The position numbers and the translations under genes were made by a program. A model generated the notes under the pieces. The model had not been told where the DNA came from. It did not search any database and worked only from the letters and a program-made list of their open reading frames with translations. A stretch of 64,000 nt of DNA. Origin: Tubiluchus corallicola (Eukaryota > Animalia > Priapulida). Positions 28,301 to 37,818 of the stretch are shown here, in pieces. The first letter of the stretch is position 1; each line of letters starts with the position of its first letter. The stretch is taken from positions 1-64,000 of the forward strand of contig JAQGDQ010000966.1 in NCBI GenBank assembly GCA_030141605.1. Direction: 5' to 3'.

Positions 28301-29296
28301 ACTATCCACTGTAAAACTGAACCAGTTATACCACAATTTTTAAGTTTTGCAAACAGAAAGTGATGAGGTACAACATCAAACGCCTTTTTCAGGTCCAGTA
28401 GTATTATATCAAAAGGCTTATTAGCATCTTTTAACTCAAACCATGCATCGTAACATTGTAACAGTTGGGTAACCGTTGTTCTACCCTTAATATTATGTTA
28501 TATTACTTATGTTAAGTAAGGTATGTACAAATGAAAATAATCAGCAACTTAACAAAACAAAAAAAATGAGGCAACAAGTTTAAATGAGTCATACCACAAT
28601 CCTGGTACAGATTATGCAAAACAAGGCATCATTGATAAATCTTTAGAACTGATGTCAACATAGCGCAATCTATTATCTTTCTTCCTACTGTTTCCACTAA
28701 CACATCCTTCTACCCTTCCTGTGTGATGTAACCTTTCTCCCAGTTCTTTTTTGTTCACTCATCCATTCTTTTTTTATCGGGTTCACATGACAGTGGGCTT
28801 ATACAAGCTTTTGCTTCTCTAGCCCACTGCTGTACAATTATTCTTTTATGATAACGATAGTGTATGAAACATAACAATTTAATACAGTATGAAGTAACAA
28901 TTTTGATGTCATTGTGTGCTTAATGTCATTATATTGTACTGAATGTGATAATAATAATAATAAATAAAATAATAAAAAAAAATAGAAACACTAAATAAAT
29001 TTGGCAATGAAAAGAAGCAAAATTTACATTAGCAAACAAAACGGAAAATTTAAACTCATCAAAAAAAACTTATGAGCATATTTTAAAGCACAGATATCAA
29101 ATTTCAAAATTATTAAAACAGAACAAAACTAACCGCGAAATAGAGACTTGCGCAACAGTTCCCTCACATTGCTTCTGACGAAGACCAAAGGCAGGCGATG
29201 ACATGACCTGCATTGGCCAAAACTTGACAGCGTTATAATTGCCAAGATATGCGAGTGTTTGCAAACAACAACGCGCCTCAGAAATATGTTCGCCAT
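517..29296 (-). CDS. POLRMT: Mitochondrial DNA-directed RNA polymerase, N-terminal part (targeting peptide, N-terminal extension, PPR region); continues beyond the left edge
   Basis: Phase-consistent GT-AG exons: 29296-29134 ([10 protein letters not shown]..., Arg-rich presequence-like), 21989-21762, 20841-20714, 19988-19632, 19152-19045 ([14 protein letters not shown]), 14817-14659 ([15 protein letters not shown]), 13819-13751, 13037-12936, 10136-9987 ([17 protein letters not shown]), 8509-8416, possible 7891/7885-7844, 5306-5224 (NILPFLFAI), 4992-4861 ([14 protein letters not shown]), 4475-4356 (QREYWYHL), 558-517 ([11 protein letters not shown]). The motif order is collinear with animal POLRMT as I recall it. 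Extra exons between 22000 and 29100 are not excluded. Confidence 0.9.
665..1000. repeat. Degenerate ~100-bp tandem repeat (4 units, core ccaaaagatggcagcac)
   Basis: Core at ~680, 780, 877 and 980. Confidence 0.8.
1407..4398 (-). repeat. 78-bp tandem array (~38 units) made of a POLRMT exon 3' end, the GTGAGT donor and the intron start
   Basis: Unit (minus) tggtatcacctcattgactcgcacctagacggacccacagtc|gtgagtagtaatagtactatttgtgtactctttatc. Confidence 0.97.
4356..4475 (-). CDS. POLRMT: POLRMT exon ([40 protein letters not shown])
   Basis: tttcag acceptor, gtgagt donor, 40 codons; its last ~43 nt form part of the 78-bp satellite unit. Confidence 0.85.
4861..4992 (-). CDS. POLRMT: POLRMT exon ([27 protein letters not shown]...NGIADK)
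   Basis: cctag acceptor, gtacgt donor, 44 codons. Confidence 0.88.
5224..5306 (-). CDS. POLRMT: POLRMT exon ([27 protein letters not shown])
   Basis: ttcgtag acceptor, gtatgg donor, phase 1-0. Confidence 0.85.
5419..6430. mobile_element. Tc1/mariner-type MITE with a second MITE nested at 5661-6152
   Basis: Outer TIRs cagtaagttctcgcttaacgac / gtcgttaagcgaggacttgctg(ta); inner TIRs agtcaacctc...ataagg / ccttatatccgaggttgactg; a partial copy of the outer element lies at ~47710-48055. Confidence 0.75.
6546..7852. repeat. 90-bp tandem array (~14.5 units)
   Basis: Exact 90-bp periodicity (agacaggcca at 6721, 6811, 6901). Confidence 0.97.
7844..7891 (-). CDS. POLRMT: Candidate POLRMT micro-exon ((VL)[14 protein letters not shown])
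   Basis: Long pyrimidine tract followed by ctcag and ttctag acceptors 6 nt apart; gtttgt donor; phase 1-1 fits the flanking exons; no homology support. Confidence 0.45.
8416..8509 (-). CDS. POLRMT: POLRMT exon ([31 protein letters not shown])
   Basis: ttacag acceptor, gtttga donor, phase 0-1. Confidence 0.8.
9987..10136 (-). CDS. POLRMT: POLRMT exon ([11 protein letters not shown]...[16 protein letters not shown])
   Basis: ctgcag acceptor, gtatgt donor, 50 codons. Confidence 0.88.
10230..10645 (-). mobile_element. Second copy of the retroelement body, without 5S head or ORF tail
   Basis: Clear reverse-complement similarity to 36810-37225. Confidence 0.8.
11780..12120. repeat. Dispersed repeat family (probable MITE); copies at ~8570-8860, ~50870-51320 and ~59600-60010 (inverted)
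   Basis: Shared core cacgttcgacagctcatgcgtgag...aaatttgaaattt. Confidence 0.75.
12256..12732. mobile_element. MITE, same family as 5661-6152
   Basis: Colinear similarity over ~480 bp, TA on both flanks. Confidence 0.8.
12936..13037 (-). CDS. POLRMT: POLRMT exon ([34 protein letters not shown])
   Basis: ttccag acceptor, gtagaa donor, 34 codons. Confidence 0.82.
13181..13490 (+). repeat. Degenerate interstitial (TTAGGG)n-like tract
   Basis: Many ttaggg/ttgggg/ctagag hexamers. Confidence 0.85.
13751..13819 (-). CDS. POLRMT: POLRMT exon ([23 protein letters not shown])
   Basis: tttcag acceptor, gtaagt donor, 23 codons. Confidence 0.85.
14659..14817 (-). CDS. POLRMT: POLRMT exon, PPR-like repeat ([32 protein letters not shown]...)
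   Basis: 53 codons, phase 0-0, PPR-type P-x3-Y-A-A signature. Confidence 0.88.
14860..15480. repeat. Dispersed ~600-bp repeat; inverted copy at ~41750-42340
   Basis: Shared blocks such as catgaaaattaacgccc and gggcag...tgacc...gctgccc. Confidence 0.75.
15970..16390 (+). mobile_element. 3' fragment of a Rex/Babar- or L2-type LINE
   Basis: ASKIIG...[35 protein letters not shown], followed by aataaa and a (ctta)n tail. Confidence 0.75.
16417..17880. mobile_element. Tigger/pogo-like non-autonomous element with a nested Helitron-like insert
   Basis: TA + cagtgttccctcgct...cgcgg and ccgcgataagtgagggaacactg + TA. Confidence 0.85.
16496..17333 (-). mobile_element. Non-autonomous Helitron-like element; further copies at ~49260-49875 and ~50375-50532 (+)
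   Basis: Minus strand starts a|TC and ends ggggcctttgCTAG|t; all three copies share this 3' end; no TSD. Confidence 0.65.
19045..19152 (-). CDS. POLRMT: POLRMT exon, PPR-like repeat ([11 protein letters not shown]...[12 protein letters not shown])
   Basis: 36 codons; YN-x5-WA motif as in human MYNAVMLGWARQ (recalled). Confidence 0.88.
19632..19988 (-). CDS. POLRMT: POLRMT exon, acidic N-terminal extension ending [14 protein letters not shown]
   Basis: ctttag acceptor, gttggc donor, 119 open codons. Confidence 0.8.
20714..20841 (-). CDS. POLRMT: POLRMT exon ([11 protein letters not shown]...[14 protein letters not shown])
   Basis: ttttcag acceptor, phase 1-0 fits both neighbours; gtgcag donor is weak. 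Confidence 0.7.
20838..21623. repeat. 30-32-bp minisatellite (~25 units) abutting a POLRMT acceptor
   Basis: Unit catgggtggcactaaaactttgctgtacaata. Confidence 0.95.
21762..21989 (-). CDS. POLRMT: POLRMT exon, Lys-rich (ISAKQPGRQ...[13 protein letters not shown]...KKQLKA)
   Basis: Open frame, gtaagt donor, phase 1-1; acceptor position uncertain. Confidence 0.7.
22038..22110 (+). mobile_element. tRNA-derived SINE head or tRNA pseudogene
   Basis: A box tggccgagtgg and B box gagttcaatac; cloverleaf imperfect. Confidence 0.6.
23260..24045 (+). mobile_element. Degenerate LINE RT fragment (QFADDTT...WF...LNPTKTK...IERVQST) interrupted by a hAT-like MITE at 23476-24000
   Basis: The RT frame resumes after the insert. 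The insert has TIRs (t/c)agggat(a/g)agaat and near-matching 8-bp flanks tacattgc/tatattga. Confidence 0.75.
25756..26261. mobile_element. Tc1/mariner-type MITE
   Basis: TA + cagttatacctcagttt ... aaaccgaggtatgactg + TA; the empty site is visible in the paralogous repeat near 28840. Confidence 0.85.
27118..28490 (-). mobile_element. 5'-truncated CR1-clade LINE (RT domain, C-terminus, 3' UTR, (ACT)n tail) in POLRMT intron 1
   Basis: Uninterrupted frame 28490-27262 with [38 protein letters not shown] and FKSKLD. Confidence 0.93.
28755..28965 (+). repeat. LINE/SINE 3'-end repeat; inverted copy at 25640-26350 interrupted by a MITE
   Basis: Direct reverse-complement similarity; ends in an (aat)n tail. 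Confidence 0.75.
29134..29296 (-). CDS. POLRMT: POLRMT first coding exon, mitochondrial presequence-like
   Basis: ATG, 54 codons rich in Arg/Leu/Ser with almost no acidic residues, gttagt donor in phase 1. Confidence 0.65.
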
Positions 29297-30560
29297 ATAT
29301 GAGTTGGAAACTGCAAACGTTTTATTCGTTCAGAAATAAACATATCAGCTAAGCGCTCACGTGAAATTACAGTCCGCTGACATGTTGCTTCTTTTTCTTT
29401 TACGTTACAATTGCGATTTTGAGTCTTCTCCGCGACCAATGTCTCCAAATACCTATTTTACGCAATGCGTAGTCAGAATTCTGGACGATAAATTAAATCA
29501 ACTTTTATGCAAAAGCTATAATGATTTTAAAAAATTGGACAAACAAGCTAATTTATACATAAACTTGGTAAACTCCTAAACAGAAAAATATTGTTTTCCT
29601 ACGAGTAGCCTAAATTGTCGCAGGTCAAGAATGTGCTGACACGCGGGTTTTAAACACGTGATAACTGACAATACGTACAGCAGTGAGCAACAGTACTCTT
29701 TCTACCGAAAGTACAGCGTCTTATCTCGGACATGTGTACATGGCCGCATGCACACAGCAGCCAAACACCACGTTGCAGGGCTGTGAAGAAAAGTGTACTT
29801 CCCTCTCGTGCTCCGGTTCAGCACAAGTGTAAATAAAAAATACTTATTATATTGAGTATTATCCATAATAATGTGTGAGAACAGGGGGTGCTGCAGTTCC
29901 ACAGTACCTGCACAGGTGCCGCCACTGCTGTGAATGTACTGAAACTATTCAGTTTGACATCATATATCTATTTTTCAATGTTTTTTTTACTGATGTTTGC
30001 TTACTTGTTTTGTAATTTCAGTTTATCATCATACTTTTTCAAAAAAGGTAATAGCGAGACTTAAATCATTGTTATTTTGAATTTGTTGTCTACTACTTTC
30101 TTCTTTTAGGTGGAGTAATTTGAGTAACTGACATTTTGTTTTATCAGATACATCGCCCGTAAAATGTATAGACAAGCGAAGTAAAGTTTCGAGAATTTGA
30201 AAAAATCGACATATTGCATTTTCACTTTTATTTCGTAGTGAGACAATGCGCCTAAAATAAACAACTGAAAGTATTTTGTGCACAAAACATATTTAGAAAA
30301 AGTCATAGAAAAGGTTTACTGAGATGCGTATGGTAAAAGGGTAAAATGCAAAAAACCGGTCTGAGGGTAATTATTTACACCCTGGTGACCCTATAAGGGT
30401 TAAAACGCTGACATCATAACACCAGTTAAGTTAACTAGTCAATTAACTATATGGGGTAGGTTATCAAATTATTTTTGAAATGAATCTTTCACCACGAGTA
30501 AGCGAAACTCGATGATCATATGAGAGGCATGGAAAGGAAGTGGCAAGAAATATTTATTAA

Positions 30561-30616
30561 CTAGGATTTGAACTCGGGACCTCCTGTTTACAAGACGGGT
30601 GCTCTTACCAACTCAG
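30561..30616 (-). mobile_element. Partial tRNA-Thr(UGU)-like sequence (SINE head or pseudogene)
   Basis: Reverse complement agttggtaagagcacccgtcttgtaaacaggaggtcccgagttcaaatc; acceptor stem missing. Confidence 0.6.
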
Positions 30617-31094
30617 AAACCAAGAAAAGCAACCTTAGTCTTAATCTCTTTACAGCAAGCATTCTTCCCGTGCTTTGAGTCGAACCACAAAAATTGCAAA
30701 CAATAAGCTCACCTGTGTAAAAGACTTATGTTACTAGATTGGCAAATTCTTAATAATTTAAAAAATTCCTAGTGTGCACCACGGATTCACCAAAAAATAC
30801 ATTCTTAATGTTATTCTCAATATCGAGTAAATTAAATTCATATAATGTGTGCTACAAATGCTCTGATTACTTTTCAAATTTTAAGCGATGTTATGTAAAC
30901 TTGTTTCATACGACCAACCATCAAAATGGCTGCATCAACTGATCATCACAGGTGTTTAAAGGACAAGAAAAGGCCTAGTTAAAGCACGTCTCAGAAAATG
31001 TTCGCTAAAGAATTATAACGGTTAGAGGCAATTTTAAGCGTTTATCATACTCACGTTAAAAGAATTTCCTGTTTGTTTTCATTTTAAATACTCC

Positions 31095-31155
31095 CGCGAG
31101 ACTGTCATGGCGGCACCATATTGGATGGCGTCACAGAACTACGACCCAAATGTTT
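31095..31155 (+). promoter_or_regulatory. Possible promoter of the BTB gene
   Basis: Local CpG-rich patch with catggcggc (YY1-like) and gaactacgacccaaatg (partial ZNF143-type motif); a candidate 5' UTR intron runs 31731-31980 (gtaagt...ctgtag). Confidence 0.3.
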
Positions 31156-31995
31156 ATAGTACACGTGCTCAGAACTCACTGCAACTGTGTTCGAGTATCA
31201 TCATCGTCGTCGCCATTTCTGGTCATGGATATTTTTATCTCTAACACCAAAAGTAAAAAAATACACGAAACTAGATTGGAATTTTATACGAACTCATGTG
31301 TTTTTACAAACGCAACGTGTGATAAGTAATTGCCGGGCCAACAAGATTATAATGTTTATTTTGCAACAGAAATCTCTCACTTTATTTCTCACTGAGTTAC
31401 TTTAATCCCCTCTTATTCATTAATTCTCTTAAACCCGTGTTCAAACTACGGAGTTTTCTCCCCAAGTAACTCGTTAAATAACTCGCAAGTGTGTTCAGAC
31501 TTTGGTGCGAGTTGCTCTCACACATTGACGCTGCAAAGAGTGTAGTGAGTAACACTATAGTGTCGAAACGTTCACACTGAACAGGCAGCAGCTGGTAGAG
31601 TTTGAAAAAACCTACTGACGGCAACTCACACAGCAGTTCACACTTGCTAGTTTACTGTCAGAGAGAAATTTTGGTGTATTAACAAAAAATTTACTATCAA
31701 CGTACTTGTAATGCATTTCTTGAGCTTTATGTAAGTGGAGAGTTTTCTTGTGTAAGTTATTCATCTACGTAGACTGGACAAACTAAAGAGTTATTTTTCT
31801 TAGTCGGGGTCATAAGTTTATAAACCAAGGGTACAAAGGTCACAGTTAGTTGTTTGTACAAGGTGAGGCAGCGTTGACGTGACTGTATAAAATTATGACT
31901 GTATGTTTACCTTTAATGATTGTAGAACATAAAACTGATAAAAAAAACAAAGTTTAAATTATTTCATGTCGTGTCTGTAGTTACACCAGCCATTT

Positions 31996-33289
31996 ATGCA
32001 AGTTCTCGATCAGCAGAGATGTCAGAAAATTCTAGTAGTAAAAGAAATGGCAACTTCATTAGACGAGCCACAAACTCCAGCTGAAAGGGTTGATGCGATG
32101 GACGACTGGAACGAGAGATATGATTATGTTTTTGGTAACGAAGATTTCCAGGAATTATGTGATGTAACTTTTTCAGTTGGTGAAACCATCATCAACGCTA
32201 GTCGGTACGAACTTGCACGCAGAAGTGACGTTTTTAAGAGGATGCTGTTTGGGCCGCTGTGTCATAAACTTGATGATGTCAAACCAATAACCGATGTTGA
32301 ACCTGAAGTGTTCCTGCTGCTTTTGAGATTTATTTATACTGACAAAGCTGAATTAACTGGTGATAATGTACTTTCGGTACTTTACTTAGCTAAAAAATAC
32401 AACATTCGTGAACTTGAAAAATTGGCTATTGATTTCCTTAAATCTGAAATCACAACTGACAGTGTTTGTACCATTCTGACAGCTGCTTGTTTCTATGAAA
32501 GGCGAGATGTAGAGATGAACTGTTTGGAGGTCATTAGGTGTCGAGACGGAAGAAATTATAAAGCCCGACAGTTTTACTTCCTTGAGCTACGACAGCTTAT
32601 TGAGGATTGTCAAACTTGATGAACTGACAATTAGTGAAGAGGGGAAACTATTTGACGCAGTTTTAAGATGGGCTGATGCTGAATGTAAGCGAAAGAAACT
32701 AGAGCAAAATGTGTTCAACAAGAGAGCAGTCTTGGGTGACATTTTGTTGCAGATCAGATTTCCCACAATGCACCCAGAGTTATTCATCAAAGGTCCGGTA
32801 GCAACTGGAATATTAAATGCCGAGGAGCAGGCAAATGTTCTAATCAATTATCATCAAAAAGAGGCATCAGAATCAATATTTCCAAAAACCCAGAGAAACT
32901 ACGGAGAAGTCGTGTCAGTCATGTGCGCTGTACCTGTTGGGGAAATTGATTATGATATTGAAATTGATGCTGATAAGCTTGCCATTGCTCTTTTCAAATG
33001 TAATTATGAAAACTGCTCCACTAACCGTGCTGAACGCTGTTGCTTGAATTTACTAGTTCGTCCTTTCTGGTCTTCTACGTCTTGGCCTTTTCGTAGCATG
33101 TGTAAGAACAGTTACATTGAAGTAATTAACAATAATCCACAAAGGTCACTCAAAACTGTCCTAAATGAAGATAAAGAGAGGACCTGGGAGGCAAGAAATA
33201 TTGCACAGTTTAGAACCGTCATTGACCCTGCTTCCGGGTTTATTAATGACGGACAATTTCGCATAAAAGTTAATGTGCTGCTTAGATAA
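31996..33289 (+). pseudogene. Intronless BTB-BACK protein gene (BTBD1/2/3/6-like N-terminus) with a MATH-like C-terminus; one frameshift near 32536-32542
   Basis: BTB motifs (CDVTFSVG, LARRSDVFKRML, FLLLLRFIYTD, AKKYNI) and BACK motifs (LFDAVLRWA, IRFPTM). Removing one base joins the two ORFs (...CLEVIRC/ETEEIIKPDSFTSLSYDSL). AATAAA at 33424. Either a pseudogene or a sequencing error. Confidence 0.8.
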
Positions 33290-33554
33290 TAAATTAAAAG
33301 GAAAACCATTTCTTGAAGCTGATACACGACTACGATCGTCTTTAGAACAATGTATTTTAAATCTAACTAAAAAATGTTGCATTAATTGTGAAATGATACA
33401 TAAAAAAGTTTGTTACCTCAACAAATAAAATGTTAGTGCAATCGCTAATTAGACAATTAATGTCAATTAATTAATTGCCCGACAACGGGAGCTTCGGCTG
33501 GGTCGGAATGGCTATGATGAATACCAGAGCGACCTCAGACCACGAAATACGCGT

Positions 33555-34567
33555 TGTGAAGTAAACCTGTATCTCCCAAGTTTACTAGCTGGGCTCCGCA
33601 ATGAGACGCTTCAATATGAATATGATTTATGGTAGATTCGAGTGACAGATAGTGTCTCTACGAGTATGCAAGGTTTCTGAGTAATACTATGGCCGCACAA
33701 ATCAAAGTGAACACGCTATTGACGATGACATACAGGTTTATTGATTAGACAAATTTATGGTTTAACAATAACAACATTCAAATAAACCTACGCTTGTTAC
33801 GTTTACAACAAATAATCCGAATTTCACGACTGCAGTGTCGCTATACAATTCAATATAATATTCTACAATTCCGAGACAACTGTTAGTTTAATCAGTAAAT
33901 ACCATCTTCCACAGTTAAGTACAAATTACTTAACAATACTATATAATGTTTAAAGTTACTTAACTCAGGGACTGCCAATCTTACAAGTTCTTTCAATTGG
34001 CCAAGTCCTGTTCCTATCTCGAGCCGTTCTAAGCTTCAGTGGTTGGAGTTCCAACGATGCAGATGTTCACTCAACGCTGAGCAATAGAAACGATCTCCTA
34101 CCTTCAGAGTTTTCTGTCTGAGAGTCCACCCCGTCACCTTCTTGACATCGACCAGAATTCGAACCAACAACCACTAATCTTTCGTGCACCGTCCTTTTGA
34201 ACCTCGAGTCATGTGACAAGACACACTCCGTGGCTGGTCATCAGAGCATTCTGACTTTTTAGTGCTCTATTGATCTGACCATCTAAGTATCCCGACTTAA
34301 TACATTTACTATCAGTGGGACAAGGTCCCATAATGGTACTGTTCCAAAATTTCATAGCCCTACTTTCAGTCCTCATTAACGTTTACTAAATTAGTTCGGA
34401 GCTTGTCTGTACCTAGATGATCAACATCGTATCCTTAATCATGGACAATGGGGTTACCACCTGCTATTTAGCTAGGAAATCGGTGGACTATGGTAATGAG
34501 TTACAAATTACCTCTTAACTTTACCCTATCTGAAATAATATAGGCCAACCGCCTTTTAGATTTCACA
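33555..34567 (-). mobile_element. Solo-LTR-like insert nested in a larger LTR-like segment (33431-35836)
   Basis: Inner ends tgtgaa...ttcaca with flanks gcgt/gagt. Outer ends tgttagtg...cactaaca, with a minus-strand TATA (~35170) and AATAAA (~35050). No ORF. Confidence 0.5.
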
Positions 34568-35829
34568 GAGTTCATTCTATAGTTATATCTTCTTTGCTTA
34601 TTACTTTAATTATTAATCAGTTGTCCGAAATGTTTTCATACATACATTAAATTCAAGATATAAGTTGGGTGAGTCATTTTCCCTGAACGGAATAATCTTC
34701 GTTCAGATGCCAATTATTCATTAATTGATTTCAATTCTATTTTCCTAATGAACGATTTAACATTCTAAAATAAAATAAACTTGCTTAAGACAGTGTGAAA
34801 GTGAAAAACATGACGTAAAAATATTAATTAATACCATGAACTAATAACAGCTAAAACTTGCAAAAAACAGCAAGTTGTACCTTTCTTATCTCTATGCTCT
34901 TTATCAGCTCCCCTTGCCAACAGCAAGCTAACAGTAAAATTAACTTGGTTGTATAGTGGATAGTGCGTTGTATTGGTTGTGTGTAGCTGCTTATTGATGC
35001 TTTAGGAATGGCAAAGCTATGAAGAGTTTGATTATAAAATGACACGTTTATTAAATATCAACACAATAAATATAATGAATAGCGATGCCAACGGCCCCTG
35101 ATCTAACGGTCTGTACGCTCCGGCTCCCAGACTCAATCTAAGACTGAATTTTTGAGCTGGAGGCCTTATATATCGTGCGCGGTGCCCGATGCCTCATGTA
35201 ATCACGTGACACCAACATAATTACTTATCATAATTTACTGCTTTTAACATAATTTAACAGGTTCTCTTTACTCTTCTCTTCCTAATAAAGAATTTATCAT
35301 CTTGGGGCTGGCTAATTTAAGTCTACATTATACAGTTGATCACAACATTGTACGTAGACAAGATTAAATATTCAGCGTAAACATTCAATAGTTGACATGG
35401 TGATCGTATACATTTAAATACACAGCACTGGTTGTTATAAGTCAATCACGAATATAATATAGCCTCTAAACTAAAGCATATTATAGGCAACTGATTGTAA
35501 GTATGAATAAGTTGGCACGGGTGTGCCAATCTCAAAATATTAATTATGTTAAAGGATTATAAATTACAAAATATAATACGTGTTAAAATATGTGTGGAAA
35601 TATTATACGTGTTGAAGCAATTATTACCACTTATCATAACAGTTATGCATAGGCTTCAACAAATGGTAATATGTTTACAATATCTCAGTAGCATATGAAT
35701 TCAAAATATATATCATGTTTTGAATATATATAAAGGATCAAATATATATAGTAACATACACTAGAATAAACACATCGTTGATCAATTGGACGTCATCGAT
35801 CGATTAAAATATAGTGCGATTGAGTTTAC

Positions 35830-36082
35830 ACTAACAAGCTCTTCATGTTCACCAGCGCAAGCCAAAGTCAGCGCGGTGTCATGGTTGCTCTCCGTTTGCG
35901 CATCGAGGTCCAGTAAAGGATACACGGGCGGGGAAACGTGAGGAGACGCGGGTGATGGATTGGGCGTGAGCGGGAGAGGGAGGGGCAAGATGGGGGTGAA
36001 AGTCAATACATTGAGTAGCCACGCTCGTCACATTGGTGGTGTAGACCTGGGTACTGTTTGTTTGTTGGCAATGGGTCGGTAC
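35830..36082 (-). pseudogene. Isolated ANKRD17/ANKHD1 (MASK)-like exon fragment
   Basis: Encodes VYPLLDLDAQTESNHDTALTLACAGEHEELVS, matching the recalled MASK-family motif DIDAQTESNHDTALTLACAGGHEELV. Truncated mid ankyrin repeat, with a G>E change and an apparent upstream frameshift. Confidence 0.8.
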
Positions 36083-36676
36083 TGAAATGTTCGTTGAATC
36101 ACTTAAAATCTACCGTGTGAGAATGAATAAAAACTATTGTTATGTATATAAATTATTTTAGAAAATATCCATCTATCCATCAATTAGACTCTCACTACTA
36201 GCTGCTATAATTAATTGAGGTAATCAAAACTTGAAATCAGACGTTCCTCTGAATTTTCTTTAATTGACACTGTTATGCAATATCACTAGTAAGATGATTC
36301 TTGGCTTTGCCCATACTATAAAACAAATTTTGAAGCAAGTAATTAAAACAAGGAAGTGAAAAAGCATTCCCATACACAGAAGAATTTTCATCTGCAAACT
36401 TTATCAGTGCGACTGATGTCTTATATGGATTGGTGCTGTCTGGTGTACCCTAAAATATACAAACGTATAAAGAAGAAACTTGTTGGCGTTGTGCTGTGGA
36501 AGACAGATTATGAACTATTGACAGTGCCACCCCCCCCCCCATATCAGCCGATAACAAAAAATAGTGATATGCTAACATAGCGATTTTGCTTTGAATCTGT
36601 TACCATCTGGTACCCCAGCCATTATATTCATTGGTCAGGAACTTGCTTGTAATGTTTGTAATATTATAGTTCTACA

Positions 36677-36796
36677 TACTACGGCCAAATCACGTTGAAA
36701 ATACCAGTTCTCGTCTGATCACCGAAGTTAAGCAACGTAGAGCCTGGTTAGTACTTGGATGGGTGATCGCCTAGGAATACCAGGTGCTGTAGGCTT
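36677..36796 (+). rRNA. Full-length 5S rRNA-like sequence (probable retroelement head or pseudogene)
   Basis: 120 bp: ctacggcc...gaagttaagcaa...tggttagtacttggatgggtga...ggaataccaggtgctgtaggctt; no oligo-T terminator follows. Confidence 0.9.
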
Positions 36797-37818
36797 GCGG
36801 GATGCCCACACTGTATCTTGACACTAGGCGGAGGAGCTGCACAACCAGCCAACGGCTAAAGGGCGAAGAAGGTCAAGTGACCCAACGGCCATGTGTAGAG
36901 GAGTAAGCCTTCCAAATCAGGAGTGGAACCCCGGAAGCGGACCAGTGCAGCATGCTCACGCAGCTCCTGCAGCCAACCTGGTGCCAAACGTATCGCTCCG
37001 GTTTCCTTTGGACTACACCAGGGAGGAAGAAAGGGGGTTCCTGTTGTCTGGGCAACTCAGGATCTTCACACACCTTGCTTAGGCATGCGGCCTGGAGACG
37101 TTCAAGGATCGGATTGCTCAGCCACAGTCGACGCTGCAGCTCCATCAATGTGATCAATAACTGACTCTCTTGGCGCACACTCCATTGTCTTCTGAGACGG
37201 AAGGATGCCAACCAACCAGTCCTACATGATGAGAGGATTCCTTTAGGAAGCTCTTCCTGCTTTGCAGAGAGCACTTAACGGACTATCAAAACACTTCATC
37301 CAAAACTGAGCCTGTAAGCTGCGTCTACCGTATAATAGATGTTTAATATATTCGTATAATAACCTATTACATGTTGCATCATAATTTAAATACCTATATC
37401 TAACAAATTAAGTGGATTGACACATTTAACAGAAGTCTTCCAAGGAAAGTTTTAAAGATAAGATCGCCGTAGATAATCAATAATGAGGAGTTATACGCTG
37501 GAACGAAAGAAATTTCTTGGAGATCAAAAGTCAAGATTCAGAAGATTAAGATGGCTAGGACATCTTCTGAGATTACCAAGTAAAGCACTAATAAGAGTCG
37601 CCTTAAAGGAAGCCATAAAACCTTGCAAAAAACCACCTGGGAAACCAAAGACAACTTCGATAGCTAAGATAAATAAAGATATCCAACAACATCAACCAAA
37701 TCTATCTTTATAAGTAAAAGAACTTGAATTGTTAGCTGCTGATAGGAGTGGGTGGAATGTTCTAATAAATGTTAATACCTCAGTGTCTAGAACAGATGGA
37801 ATGAGACGTTGAAGATGA
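36677..37818 (+). mobile_element. 5S-headed non-autonomous retroelement: 5S + GC-rich UTR-like body + RTE/RTEX-type ORF2 3' remnant
   Basis: Body 36810-37225 recurs at 10230-10645. The 3' part encodes RRLRWLGHLLRLP...KKPPGKPKTT...INKDI, typical of the C-terminus of RTE-group LINEs, and ends in tgaagatga. Confidence 0.7.

Noticed and set aside
29742-29755. NRF-1-like site (gccgcatgcaca) upstream of POLRMT
   Set aside because: Only a partial match to TGCGCATGCGCA; expected by chance.
36677-36796. Functional 5S rRNA gene
   Set aside because: Single copy, altered 5' end, no oligo-T terminator, and fused to a retroelement body.
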